From: an uncultured Desulfobacter sp.
GTDB lineage: Bacteria; Desulfobacterota; Desulfobacteria; Desulfobacterales; Desulfobacteraceae
Assembly (NCBI GenBank): GCA_963665095.1
Contig: OY762069.1
Span: 2,016,001-2,080,000 of the forward strand
Reading direction: 5' to 3'
Length of the DNA stretch: 64,000 bases
Below, piece after piece: positions 40,871 through 49,878 of the stretch. The translations under genes were made by a program, and so were the position numbers. Below the pieces are notes generated by a model. The model was not told the origin of the DNA. It made no database searches and saw nothing but the letters and a program-made list of their open reading frames with translations. Numbering within the stretch: the first letter of the stretch is position 1; every line of letters begins with the position of its first letter.

Positions 40871-41710
40871 TTACTGTCTCAGCGTTACCTGCATTTTGTA
40901 ATGATCACCCTGCAAAAATGACAAGGCAAATTCTGCGATTTTACGAGGATCATAAAATGTGCATGCAACAATATCCAGATATGCACAATTGGACTGATAT
41001 ACAAAGTGGCCCGATATTATTGCTGTTTCAATGGCGTGGGCCGTAGTGAAACCCAACACGCTGTCATCCTGGTCAAAATGGATGCAGGGAGATTGTTGAA
41101 GGGCTTTGATCTCAATCTGCTCACACAGACTGGCTACAAAACTTTCAATCCCTTCTTTACGCTCTACCATCTCAATGCAGCATCCATACAGATCCACAGA
41201 CGTGGAAATCCCCCAGGGGCTGTTATCTTCATAGGCCTTTTTCCATGTGATAGGAAGGGTCTTCCTATCCATAACTGTTTCACCACAGAAGGGTCGATAT
41301 GCCCTATTCTCGCGGTTAAAAACGCCCCGGTTCTGATCGGAGGAGATCCAGGCGCTTTTGGAAGAAAAACCATTCTGCATGGAGTGAATGGCCCTGTCCA
41401 GGTCAATATTGTCTCCACAGGTAAAAATATCAACTGCGGCATAGTTGTGTTCCGGCCAGGCATGTACTGTAAAATGGGATTCAGCAATAATGATCACACC
41501 GGAAACCCCCTGGGGGGCAAATTGATGAAAGGAACTGCTGACAATGGAGGCACCGCTCTCCTTTGCCGCTTTAAGCAAAACTAATTCCACCCTGTCCTTT
41601 TGAACCAGTACATGGGGTGCACACTCATGGTATTCAACGGTAATATGCCGACCCAAAGCAAAAACAGGATCGGGATAAAGGGCCGGATCTTTTTTTTTTC
41701 TATCAAGCAT
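40871..41710 (-). CDS. speD: S-adenosylmethionine decarboxylase proenzyme with two tandem AdoMetDC domains
   Basis: Domain 1 IAESH..HAWPE..DIFTCG. Domain 2 WG...DLYGC...IETAIISGHF...LDIVAC. Start is ATG 41710 or TTG 41755. Confidence 0.88.
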   Translation of the reverse strand: MLDRKKKDPALYPDPVFALGRHITVEYHECAPHVLVQKDRVELVLLKAAKESGASIVSSSFHQFAPQGVSGVIIIAESHFTVHAWPEHNYAAVDIFTCGDNIDLDRAIHSMQNGFSSKSAWISSDQNRGVFNRENRAYRPFCGETVMDRKTLPITWKKAYEDNSPWGISTSVDLYGCCIEMVERKEGIESFVASLCEQIEIKALQQSPCIHFDQDDSVLGFTTAHAIETAIISGHFVYQSNCAYLDIVACTFYDPRKIAEFALSFLQGDHYKMQVTLRQ

Positions 41711-41820
41711 TTTCAAGAACACTCCAAACCTTAAATGCTTTAAAAGGTCTGTCAACCTAATGCAAAATGCATGGAGGCACCACCTTTAAAAAAGTTAATA
41801 CGCCTAAGAATTCAGGTAAA

Positions 41821-42522
41821 CTAATATACATCCATAATGGAAGAAAATCTATGGAACTCATCGTCAGCAGGTAGATTTTTTTCCTTGAGAATCGCAATCA
41901 TAGACGGTGAATTAAAACGGAGATAAGGATTTACTTTCAGCTCATCCTTAAGGCGGGAAAATACATGAGCGGGGTTATACCGGGCCTGGTATGCCTCAAC
42001 CTCCGGGTTGCCTGGCTCAATAATCCTTGCATATTGCAGCGACTCAGTCACATAATCATGACCTGCATAAATCAAGGTCTCTTCAGAAAGCCACATTAAC
42101 AGTTTCAACGAATTATAAAAGGCATGAAGATCGCCGGAAAAACAATTCCCCACAGTGCCGTTGAACAGGGTATCCCCAGTCACAATAAATCCATCTCCTT
42201 TGAAACAAAGAGAATCCATGGTATGCCCCGGGGTCAGCATCACTTCAAGCCCGGCTCCGTCCCCGAGATCAAGGATCTGGCCATGGACAAGAGTTCTGCA
42301 GTCCACAAACCTTGCGTCAGTTTTTTCAATCAGGGCACTGTTTCCCTGGGTATGGTCAGCATGGGTGTGGGTGTTGGTAACAATGGAAACAGAGATATTT
42401 TTCTCACCGGCAAACCGGGCAATCTCATCTGAGGCGCCGCCGTCAACAGCAATACCGCAGGTATCACTGTAAATCAGGTAGCCTAAATTATCGGCATTGT
42501 ACTTGAACTGCTGAATCTTCAC
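41821..42522 (-). CDS. Glyoxalase II-like metallo-beta-lactamase hydrolase
   Basis: THTHADH, TPGHT, GDTLF, AGHDY, ELKVNPYLR. Confidence 0.9.
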   Translation of the reverse strand: MKIQQFKYNADNLGYLIYSDTCGIAVDGGASDEIARFAGEKNISVSIVTNTHTHADHTQGNSALIEKTDARFVDCRTLVHGQILDLGDGAGLEVMLTPGHTMDSLCFKGDGFIVTGDTLFNGTVGNCFSGDLHAFYNSLKLLMWLSEETLIYAGHDYVTESLQYARIIEPGNPEVEAYQARYNPAHVFSRLKDELKVNPYLRFNSPSMIAILKEKNLPADDEFHRFSSIMDVY

Positions 42523-42553
42523 CCTTCTCTCCTTTAATACATCTTGTCCTCAT

Positions 42554-42934
42554 CTAATACATCTCGTCCTCATCCTCTCCAAAACCGCCTCCGTCATCCT
42601 GTTCCGCGTCTTCAAGGGATTCCGTATACATATCATCGTCCGCCATGTCCTCATCCATGAAATCTTCTTCAAACTGGGCCTCCAGGCCATGGTCGTCAAA
42701 AATAATACTTATGGCTTCCTTAAGATTCCGCTCAAAGCTTTCGGAATAATCACCTTCTTCATCCGGTGTGAATTCATATACATCATCATTCTCCTCAATC
42801 AGATCCCTCAAGCCTGCCTCCACCTCCTCAGATTGGGAGTAGAACTCTGATTCACAGGCATCAATGATATCTTCGTACAGATCATATAATTCATACGCTT
42901 CAAGGGCATCAAAAATCGTCATTTTTTCAGCCAT
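42554..42934 (-). CDS. Very acidic hypothetical protein
   Basis: 126 aa with about 49 Asp/Glu and 4 Lys/Arg by my count; GGGAGAG RBS. Confidence 0.8.
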   Translation of the reverse strand: MAEKMTIFDALEAYELYDLYEDIIDACESEFYSQSEEVEAGLRDLIEENDDVYEFTPDEEGDYSESFERNLKEAISIIFDDHGLEAQFEEDFMDEDMADDDMYTESLEDAEQDDGGGFGEDEDEMY

Positions 42935-43191
42935 AATTAACTCTCCCGATTAAATTTTGTTTAATTTGCCTACGATAATATCGGTTTCTCAGATGTCAAA
43001 CAGGAAAGGGGGCTTAAAAATTCTTAAACCTGAGATCCCGCAAAAGTCGCAGTAAACCCGAAAAAAAATTATGCACCCTTTATTGACTCAATAAAGAAGG
43101 ATTCAGGATTTTGCAATCCTAAAATTGGGGATAGGTTAGAAAAATTCGTGGCACAGGGTTCCAAAAAACGACAACACATAAATAAACAAGC

Positions 43192-43254
43192 CCGGATACA
43201 AGGGCGAAAAGCCTGGTATCCGGACCATTCAGCCACCCTGCCCGCAGGGTGGCT
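43192..43254 (-). terminator. Two tandem hairpins at the 3' end of the tmc operon
   Basis: AGCCACCCTG/CAGGGTGGCT (43231-43254) and CCGGATAC/GTATCCGG (43192-43223), then a U-rich run on the minus strand. Confidence 0.7.
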
Positions 43255-43265
43255 ACATGTTTCAT

Positions 43266-43655
43266 TTATTCTTTTTTATGGCACTCGCCACAGAGCAACG
43301 GCCCTTTGCCTTTTTGCACGTGGCAACCACGGCACTGAGTGTGAAAAGCATTGGCTAAGGGCATGGAATTTTCAGGTGTGGCAGCCAGTCCATGGCACTC
43401 TGAACAGGGGCTGTCCTCACTGGACTCATCTTCCACGACTTTACCGTTTTCCCAGACATGATGGCACACGGCGCAGTCATCAATTCCAGCCATCTCATTA
43501 TGGGTATCATGGTCAAACAGGGCTGCCGGGCGCCGCAGGGTGTCAAAGCCGGAAGCCTCAATACGGACCGGTTCTTCACACAAGCCCGGGCTGCAGAAGA
43601 ACAGCACCCCGGAAACAAAGATCAGACAGGTCATTGTTATACTTTTTAGTTTCAT
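43266..43655 (-). CDS. tmcA: Acidic tetraheme cytochrome c3 TmcA
   Basis: Signal peptide, FDHDTH and four CxxCH motifs (CAVCH, CSECH, CRGCH, CGECH). Start at ATG 43655. Confidence 0.92.
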   Translation of the reverse strand: MKLKSITMTCLIFVSGVLFFCSPGLCEEPVRIEASGFDTLRRPAALFDHDTHNEMAGIDDCAVCHHVWENGKVVEDESSEDSPCSECHGLAATPENSMPLANAFHTQCRGCHVQKGKGPLLCGECHKKE

Positions 43656-43656
43656 T

Positions 43657-45018
43657 TTATTCTCCCGGCACATATATCTTTTTTTCCATTGTTTCAAAAA
43701 TAATATCGCCCAGGAATTTAACTTCCATGTCCAGTTCATAATGGTGGACAATATCTTCCAGTCCGGAATGGCAGTTATGACAGGGGGCAATGAGCACCTT
43801 GGCACCGGTGGCTTTAAGCTGTTCCGCCTTAACGCGGTTGTTCACCATGCGCTCGTTTTTATAGGGAGGGCCACAGTTAATCACCCCGCCGCCGGCCCCA
43901 CAACAGTAATTGTGTTCCCGGTTGGGCGTCATCTCCACAAAATCGGAACAGATCATGTTTACCACGGCCCTTGCCTTCTCGTGCAGGCCCCGACCCCTCA
44001 CAACGTTGCAGGGATCATGAAGGGTGACCTTGGGTGCAAATTTCTCCTTGACCTTGATACGGCCTTCAGTGAACAGTTCATAATAAAATTCAAGGGCGTG
44101 GACCACTTCAAAGGGCGGCATGGCCCATGACACCCAGCGGTTGCCCATGTCATAAATGGAGCGGAAAGCATGTCCGCACTCGCCCATGACAATTCTTTTG
44201 ACATTCAGGTCAGCCGCTGCCTCAAAAAAAGTTCTGGCAATCCGGCCGGATATTTCGTTATCACCAGTGTACATGGCCATATTTGAATTGTCCCAACCGG
44301 GCCGTGCCGGCATGGTCCAGTTCATACCGGCAGCATGCATGATGGCCGCGGCCTGGTATATAAGCCCTGCCTGGAATTTGGGTTCCGGTGCAATCACCGA
44401 ATACATGATGTCCGCCCCCTTTTTATCCAGGGGGATACGTAAATTTTCAAACTCTTCCCTGGCATCTTCCTCCTGCCACTGAAGGGTGTCAATCCACTCA
44501 TCTTCCTTGACCCACATCTGGTTCAAGGTGGCGGAGTGCGAATTCACGGTATCCTGAATATACTGGGGCGTGATCTCAAGCTTGTGGCAGATGCGCCTGA
44601 CCAGCAGCATGAGATAGGCGATATCAATTCCGAACGGGCAGTACATGGAGCATCTTTTGCACACATTGCACTCCAGATGGGCAATACGCACAGCACGGCG
44701 CAGGAAATTCTTTGACACCTGACCTTTCTTCTCCAGCATGGGCCAGATGGTCTGCTTGACCTTGGCCGCCGGAGAAAACCGCGGGTCCCTGTCATTGGAT
44801 AAAAAATAGGCACAGGCATCCGAACAAAGGCCACACCGCATGCAGGTCTGTACATAAGCCTTGAACCTTGGGCCGGTTTCCTCAAGAAGCACCTGATTGA
44901 TCACCCGGGCAATCCTGTCCTGGGTAAGCCGTTCAAGCCCCCCTTCAATGGCCGGGTCTGTATTTTCTCTGAGCTGTTTTGTTTCCGGGTCCTGCATTAT
45001 TATCTCCTTTACAGGCAT
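43657..45018 (-). CDS. tmcB: Fe-S/CCG-domain subunit TmcB (HdrD/DsrK-like)
   Basis: Two CxxCxxC motifs, GECGH, HDPCN, CCGAGGG, PCHNC. Confidence 0.9.
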   Translation of the reverse strand: MPVKEIIMQDPETKQLRENTDPAIEGGLERLTQDRIARVINQVLLEETGPRFKAYVQTCMRCGLCSDACAYFLSNDRDPRFSPAAKVKQTIWPMLEKKGQVSKNFLRRAVRIAHLECNVCKRCSMYCPFGIDIAYLMLLVRRICHKLEITPQYIQDTVNSHSATLNQMWVKEDEWIDTLQWQEEDAREEFENLRIPLDKKGADIMYSVIAPEPKFQAGLIYQAAAIMHAAGMNWTMPARPGWDNSNMAMYTGDNEISGRIARTFFEAAADLNVKRIVMGECGHAFRSIYDMGNRWVSWAMPPFEVVHALEFYYELFTEGRIKVKEKFAPKVTLHDPCNVVRGRGLHEKARAVVNMICSDFVEMTPNREHNYCCGAGGGVINCGPPYKNERMVNNRVKAEQLKATGAKVLIAPCHNCHSGLEDIVHHYELDMEVKFLGDIIFETMEKKIYVPGE

Positions 45019-45061
45019 TTCACCATAATTACATCTTTAACTGACATCTAAGCACAAACCA

Positions 45062-45721
45062 TTACCAGTCTTTGGCGTGTCTGACATTGCCGAACTCAGA
45101 ACCGGTATATGCCCGGGTGAGCGGCGCAAACATCATATGAGAGAACCGGGAAAACGGAATCATGATCAGCATCAGTTCCCCGGACAGAATGTGTACAATC
45201 ATCATCCACCTGTATTCAAAGACCTGATGGTAGGCCAGAAACCCGGTCAGAAACGGCAGTAACACGGCAAACAGCAGGAAAAAGTCCTGAAAAGAGGTCA
45301 GAAATTTTACCTCCGGCACCGCAATCCTGCGACCGGCAAAAAAAACCAGGGCGGCAATGACTACCACGGTCATGATATCCGCTCCGGTGTCAGTCATGAC
45401 AGGCCAGGAGATATTAAACGCTTCCTGGACCAGTACTACATGGGCGGAGAGAAACAGCGGCACCAGAAACAAAAGCAGATGAAACAGGTAGGACATCCCC
45501 CAGAAGACCGGACTTTGGCGGGTCGATCTTGGTAAAAAAGGGATCAGCCAGGCCCCAATGGATCGAAGGCTGTGGAAAAGGGTCAGGTATGAAAAAATAT
45601 AGGCTTCCTTCTGGTTGACCTCACGAACCACACCGATAAATTTCAGGCCAAGTCCACCGATAAAGACCAGAAAAGATATCCACACCATGGGTCCCATGAT
45701 AAAATCAATAAAAGCATTCAT
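45062..45721 (-). CDS. tmcC: Membrane cytochrome b subunit TmcC (NarI-like)
   Basis: Multiple TM helices with heme-ligand His (FH..SAH, HILSGE, PFSRFSH). Start at ATG 45721. Confidence 0.88.
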   Translation of the reverse strand: MNAFIDFIMGPMVWISFLVFIGGLGLKFIGVVREVNQKEAYIFSYLTLFHSLRSIGAWLIPFLPRSTRQSPVFWGMSYLFHLLLFLVPLFLSAHVVLVQEAFNISWPVMTDTGADIMTVVVIAALVFFAGRRIAVPEVKFLTSFQDFFLLFAVLLPFLTGFLAYHQVFEYRWMMIVHILSGELMLIMIPFSRFSHMMFAPLTRAYTGSEFGNVRHAKDW

Positions 45722-45734
45722 TTTCCTGTTCTCC

Positions 45735-46985
45735 TCACAGAGCGATAATACTGCGTTTGTACATTCCGTTTTCAATCCCCTTGACCAGCACCTTGTCCCC
45801 TGCAGGACTTAAGACCGGATCAGCCATGAATTCATAGGGTCCGGCCACCACACGGTCGTTGACACTGGTGTAGTACTTTCCCTGTTTTTCATAGCAGACT
45901 GCCAGAAGAGAGCCATCATTGCTGATACTTGGAGTAAAAATTTTATCGCAGGAAAGGGTCCAGGCACGGTCATTGACGGCAACGCCCCAGAATCCTTTGT
46001 TCTTAAAGACAGCGGCAAGGGCGGACCCGTCCTTTGAATGATACAGGTCACGGACCATACCGTCCCACGAAAGCGTCCACAAAGTATTATCCTGGGCCAC
46101 ACTCCATTTCCCAAACTTCGGAGCCACAATGGCGCACACCTTATCAGTTGCAGGGTTTAAAGACAGATGCCAGATATTTTCATATGCATCCGGCCACAGG
46201 ATCTGGTCATCCTGATACAGGAACCACTTTCCCTGGATTCTGACCGGAGCAGCCACACTTTTACCGTCATTGCAAAAAATCGGTTTCCACACAGCACCGA
46301 AGCGGGTATCCCACTGTTTACCATTCACGGCAATCCCGTAGGTTAAACGGTCAACACGCACTGCCCAGGCAAGATTCTTACCTGTTGGATCAAAACAGAT
46401 ATCCCAGATATTGACGAACCGTTCATCCATGGCCTCGCCGTTCCTTGCAACGGAAAAAAGCCCTTTGGTAAAGGCATTCACATCCGCAGCCGCCATGGAG
46501 TCCACCTGGACCACGGCCGCAGTATCCCCTCCAGGACTTAACGTCATACCAGTGATACTTTCAAAGGTCTCTTCCCAGGGCTCATCATTGACAGCCATGC
46601 CATATTCCATATCCTGCTGGAATGCCACACTGATTGATGAACCGTCTGCACTGCCCCGAAGATCCCATATAAAATCAAACTGGTTGGACCAGGGCTCACC
46701 ATCCTCCACCACGCCCCATACCTCGTCTTCACAGACTAAGGCTGCAATGCGATTGTCAGGCATGGCTTTCAGGCTCCACGCCTTTTCAAACTCATTGTCC
46801 CAGGCCTGGCCATTGACACAGATATCAAAAACAGCCTCGTCCAGGTTGACAATACTTGCAATGTTTTCCCCGTCCGGAGTGATACAGGGGTCTTCCACCC
46901 AGTTAAATCGTGTTTCCCATTCTTTGAAGGCAATCTCTTTGAGCGGTGTGCTCCAATCCCATGATTGCTTGTCTTCCATCTTCAT
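45735..46985 (-). CDS. tmcD: Trp-rich beta-propeller subunit TmcD
   Basis: SWDW N-terminus, repeated VNGxxW...W units; located in the tmc cluster. Confidence 0.88.
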   Translation of the reverse strand: MKMEDKQSWDWSTPLKEIAFKEWETRFNWVEDPCITPDGENIASIVNLDEAVFDICVNGQAWDNEFEKAWSLKAMPDNRIAALVCEDEVWGVVEDGEPWSNQFDFIWDLRGSADGSSISVAFQQDMEYGMAVNDEPWEETFESITGMTLSPGGDTAAVVQVDSMAAADVNAFTKGLFSVARNGEAMDERFVNIWDICFDPTGKNLAWAVRVDRLTYGIAVNGKQWDTRFGAVWKPIFCNDGKSVAAPVRIQGKWFLYQDDQILWPDAYENIWHLSLNPATDKVCAIVAPKFGKWSVAQDNTLWTLSWDGMVRDLYHSKDGSALAAVFKNKGFWGVAVNDRAWTLSCDKIFTPSISNDGSLLAVCYEKQGKYYTSVNDRVVAGPYEFMADPVLSPAGDKVLVKGIENGMYKRSIIAL

Positions 46986-47006
46986 CTCCGACTATGGTTA
47001 AATTAA

Positions 47007-47393
47007 TTAATGATGCTGGCAGTCTGTCAGGGCGAGATAAAACCCGCCCACTGCAAGTTCCGCACAATGATAATGGTCAGGGGGCAACGTTTCAAGAAAC
47101 TGAGCCACCTGATCCGGGGTGATCTGCCAGGCCTGGTCAAGGTTTTTTCCCTTTGCCAGCCGTACCACTGTATTGCAGCAGGCTGTCGTATAGATACAAC
47201 CGTTTACCCCAAAAGAAATTGAACTCAGACACCCCTGATCCAGCATGATGAAAAATTCCACACTGTCCCCGCACTCTCCTGTCCGGGTCCCGTAACCGTC
47301 CGGGTTTTCAAGCCGCTCCATATAGCCTCTTTCATAGGCCATTTCAAGCAGGTTAAGGGAGTGACTGTTCAAAAAATCCTGAGTTTCCATCAC
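47007..47393 (-). CDS. NifU/IscU-like Fe-S scaffold domain protein
   Basis: GECGDS, GCIYTTAC, LPPDHYHCAELA. Confidence 0.85.
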   Translation of the reverse strand: MMETQDFLNSHSLNLLEMAYERGYMERLENPDGYGTRTGECGDSVEFFIMLDQGCLSSISFGVNGCIYTTACCNTVVRLAKGKNLDQAWQITPDQVAQFLETLPPDHYHCAELAVGGFYLALTDCQHH

Positions 47394-47700
47394 TAAAATG
47401 TCCTAATATCTACCCATTGGCTCTTTTAAGCCTTTTGATAGCATATCCTGTAATTGCTGCCAAATTGAATTCCACAAATTTATTCAACTAATTTACTAAT
47501 TTTTTGAACAAATTCAGGCAAACGAAAAGGAATGTGACAGAAAAGGCCGAAAGAGTCAACGGAAACCGGCCGAAAGAAACAACCTCTTCCGGCCGGATGC
47601 AGGGTCTGCTGTTGCTCACCTTCCTGCCTGACGGCACAGGCAGCCTTTCTAAGGAGAAAGAATTGAATACGATCTTAAATTCTCTCCCTTTTATGCAGGC

Positions 47701-47731
47701 CAGGCCCGGATCTGAAAAAAACCGGGCCTGC
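47701..47731. terminator. GC-rich hairpin downstream of metF
   Basis: CAGGCCCGG/CCGGGCCTG stem, about 28 nt after the metF stop. Confidence 0.6.
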
Positions 47732-47758
47732 CCCTTAACCGTTCACAAGGTGACGCGT

Positions 47759-48682
47759 TTATACCTGGGGTCTGGGATAGAGACCTGCGCCTTCAACCAG
47801 TTCAGGAACCCGTTTTTCCCATTCAATGGCCATGATGTGGAAACCTGCCAGGCCTTTACATTCTTTAAGGCGCTGCATCTGCTCGATGGCCATCTTGATG
47901 CCTTCTTCAGGCTGCTCTTCCTTGCTTACGCCGGAGAGACGTTTAATAACGTCATCAGGCACATCCATGCCGGGCACTTTGCTTTTCATGTATTTGGCCA
48001 TACCCAGAGATTTCATGGGCGTGATGCCGGCAAGAATGGCCACTTTTTTGTCAAGGCCGCGGTCCACCACCTGCTTCATCCACTCTTCAAACTTATCCAT
48101 GTTGAAGATACACTGGGTCTGGATGAAATCCACGCCGGCAGCCACTTTTTTGGCCAGGCGCATAACGCGCAGCTCAAAGGGGTCGGCAAAGGGGTTGGCA
48201 GCAGCGCCAATGAACATTTTGGGCGGAATTTTAATGTCTGCCCCACCCTGGAATTTACTTTCGTCCCGCATATTCTTGACCATTTTAATCATGTTCACGG
48301 AGTCAATGTCATATACGGACTTTGCCATGGGATGATCACCAAACTTGGGATGGTCACCGGAGAGGCACAGCATGGTGTTGATACCTAAAGCGTAGGCACC
48401 GATAATATCTGCCTGCATGGCCAGACGGTTTCTGTCACGGGAGACCATTTGAATAATGGGATCCAGACCCATCTGTTTGATGATAACGCCACCGGCAATG
48501 GAGGACATTCTGACCATGGCGGTCTGGTTGTCTGTAATATTAATGCCGTCCACATGATCTTTGATCAGGTTGGCTTTTTCCTTAACGATCTCAACATTGC
48601 AGCCTCTGGGAGGACCCACTTCAGAGGTTACTGCCATATGGCCTGCGGCCAAAACTTTTTCCAGTCTGCTTTCAGTTTTCAT
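47759..48682 (-). CDS. metF: Methylene-THF reductase MetF
   Basis: TSEVGPP, NITDNQ, RDRNR, LCLSGDH, DFIQTQ. Confidence 0.95.
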   Translation of the reverse strand: MKTESRLEKVLAAGHMAVTSEVGPPRGCNVEIVKEKANLIKDHVDGINITDNQTAMVRMSSIAGGVIIKQMGLDPIIQMVSRDRNRLAMQADIIGAYALGINTMLCLSGDHPKFGDHPMAKSVYDIDSVNMIKMVKNMRDESKFQGGADIKIPPKMFIGAAANPFADPFELRVMRLAKKVAAGVDFIQTQCIFNMDKFEEWMKQVVDRGLDKKVAILAGITPMKSLGMAKYMKSKVPGMDVPDDVIKRLSGVSKEEQPEEGIKMAIEQMQRLKECKGLAGFHIMAIEWEKRVPELVEGAGLYPRPQV

Positions 48683-49344
48683 TATGCCAAGTCCTCCCTG
48701 ATAATTTTTCTGGGTCCGCCGCCGCCGGCCGGGCGCCAGTCCTTTGCCTCGTTGAGTTCTTCATACCGGTCCTGGATACCCAGTTCAACCAGCCTCTCCC
48801 AGATCAGGCGCCATGCGCAGTCCACGCTTGGGTCAATCTCGCAGGATCCGTTGGAGGTCCCGCCACAGGGGCCGTTCAACAGGCTTTTTGAACAACGCGC
48901 CACCGGACAGATACCGCCGGTGATACCCAACATGCAGTCGCCGCAGCCCTGACAACGCTCGGCCCAGACACCCTGGCTTTCGCTTGCACCCATGAATTTG
49001 GTATTCACAGCCGGGAAAACCGGGATGTTGTACTGGGCTGCCACGGTCTGAACCCCACAGCCACAGGCCATGGAGACAATCGCGTCCGCGTCCTTGATAT
49101 AAGGGGCCAGTTCCTCAACATATTCCGGATCACACTGGCGCTCCAGGGTCAGTTCCGTAACTTCAAGGGTTTTGCCCTGATTCACGCTGTCCAGCTTAAG
49201 GGCGGATGCAAGCAACCCCACCTCTTTTCTGCCGCCTGCTGCACACACGGTGACACACTCGTTGCAGCCGACCACAAGTATTTTTTCATAGGGTGCAATG
49301 TACCCAAGAATTTCCTGCAAAGGTTTTTGTTCTGCTGTTATCAT
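48682..49344 (-). CDS. metV: Methylene-THF reductase Fe-S subunit MetV
   Basis: CQGCGDC...CPVARCSKSLLNGPCGG...CE...CAW. Confidence 0.9.
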   Translation of the reverse strand: MITAEQKPLQEILGYIAPYEKILVVGCNECVTVCAAGGRKEVGLLASALKLDSVNQGKTLEVTELTLERQCDPEYVEELAPYIKDADAIVSMACGCGVQTVAAQYNIPVFPAVNTKFMGASESQGVWAERCQGCGDCMLGITGGICPVARCSKSLLNGPCGGTSNGSCEIDPSVDCAWRLIWERLVELGIQDRYEELNEAKDWRPAGGGGPRKIIREDLA

Positions 49345-49449
49345 TTTTTATTCTCCAAAAAATTATATGAAAGAATATGGTTCTTCTTTAATCTCTTCCA
49401 TGTTTGGTTGCGGGCCAAACTTTTTGTTCAGCCCGGGGACAGCACAGTG

Positions 49450-49878
49450 CTATACGGCTTTTTTTGCAGCCTTGCTCACAGGGCTTGGGCCTAAAGCTTT
49501 AATTTTTTCTGTAAATTCGGTTGCTGCCTCGGCAAATTTCTCACCCATGCCGGCGGAGAAATACATCATCTCAACGCGTTCGGGTTCAAGGCCGAGATCT
49601 GTCAGGAACTTTTTGACTCTTTCCACACGTGCCTTGGCACGCAGGTTCCCGCTGGTAAAATGGCAGTCCCCTTCCAGACAACCGGCCACATATACACCGT
49701 CAGCGCCCTTTTCAAGGGCTTTCATCAGGTGAAGGGCATCCACCTTGCCGGTGCAGGGCACCCGTATGATCTTTACGTTGGACGGATAAGAGATCCGTCT
49801 GGTGCCGGCCATATCTGCCGCTGTGTATGCACAGTAATGACAGCAGAATGCCACAATTTCTGGTTCAAAATTATCCAT
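49450..49878 (-). CDS. mvhD: MvhD/FlpD [2Fe-2S] protein
   Basis: FCCHYCAY, RVPCTGKV, GADGV.VAGC..GDCH. Confidence 0.95.
   Translation of the reverse strand: MDNFEPEIVAFCCHYCAYTAADMAGTRRISYPSNVKIIRVPCTGKVDALHLMKALEKGADGVYVAGCLEGDCHFTSGNLRAKARVERVKKFLTDLGLEPERVEMMYFSAGMGEKFAEAATEFTEKIKALGPSPVSKAAKKAV

Noticed and set aside
47605..47645. SRP RNA-like CAGG-N10-AGCA on the minus strand
   Set aside because: The loop is GAAG rather than GNRA, the closing pair is mismatched, and flanking helices pair poorly.
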